From NCBI RefSeq assembly GCF_009834535.1, contig NC_045697.1:50346001-50410000 (forward strand): a DNA stretch of 64,000 bases, written 5' to 3'. The notes under the pieces were generated by a model that saw only the letters and a list, made by a program, of their open reading frames with translations, was not told where the DNA came from and made no database searches. Numbering within the stretch: the first letter of the stretch is position 1; each line of letters starts with the position of its first letter. A program made the translations under genes and the position numbers. Shown piece by piece: positions 63,901-64,000 of the stretch. The DNA is from Camelus ferus. Lineage: Eukaryota.

Positions 63901-64000
63901 GCATGGAAGTTCAGGACTGCCTTTATAAAATGGAAAATTAAGCTTTCTGTTGCTTTTGTATAATTTTACTGTCTGTCAGGGCATCTGGCGTATAGCAGGT

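Overview
AT-rich mammalian DNA with no recognisable intact host protein-coding gene. It carries MIR, L2, L1, MaLR/ERVL LTRs, Tigger/hAT relics and microsatellites. The young L1 3' ends are of cetartiodactyl type, and I saw no Alu, Bov-A/tA, CHR, PRE-1 or Can SINEs, so a camelid host is likely (inference). The main result is a heavily decayed endogenous filovirus-like element at about 27480-35420. By-eye translation across stops and frameshifts gives colinear motif matches to all seven Ebola/Marburg-type proteins, all on the + strand, in the non-canonical order L(C-terminal third)-VP24-NP-VP40-GP-VP35-VP30. A MIR sits inside the L fragment, and an L1 and a (GATA)n array sit inside VP40, so the insertion looks very old, probably older than the placental radiation. 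All viral alignments were made by eye against remembered Ebola/Marburg protein sequences and need confirmation by tBLASTn or HMM search.
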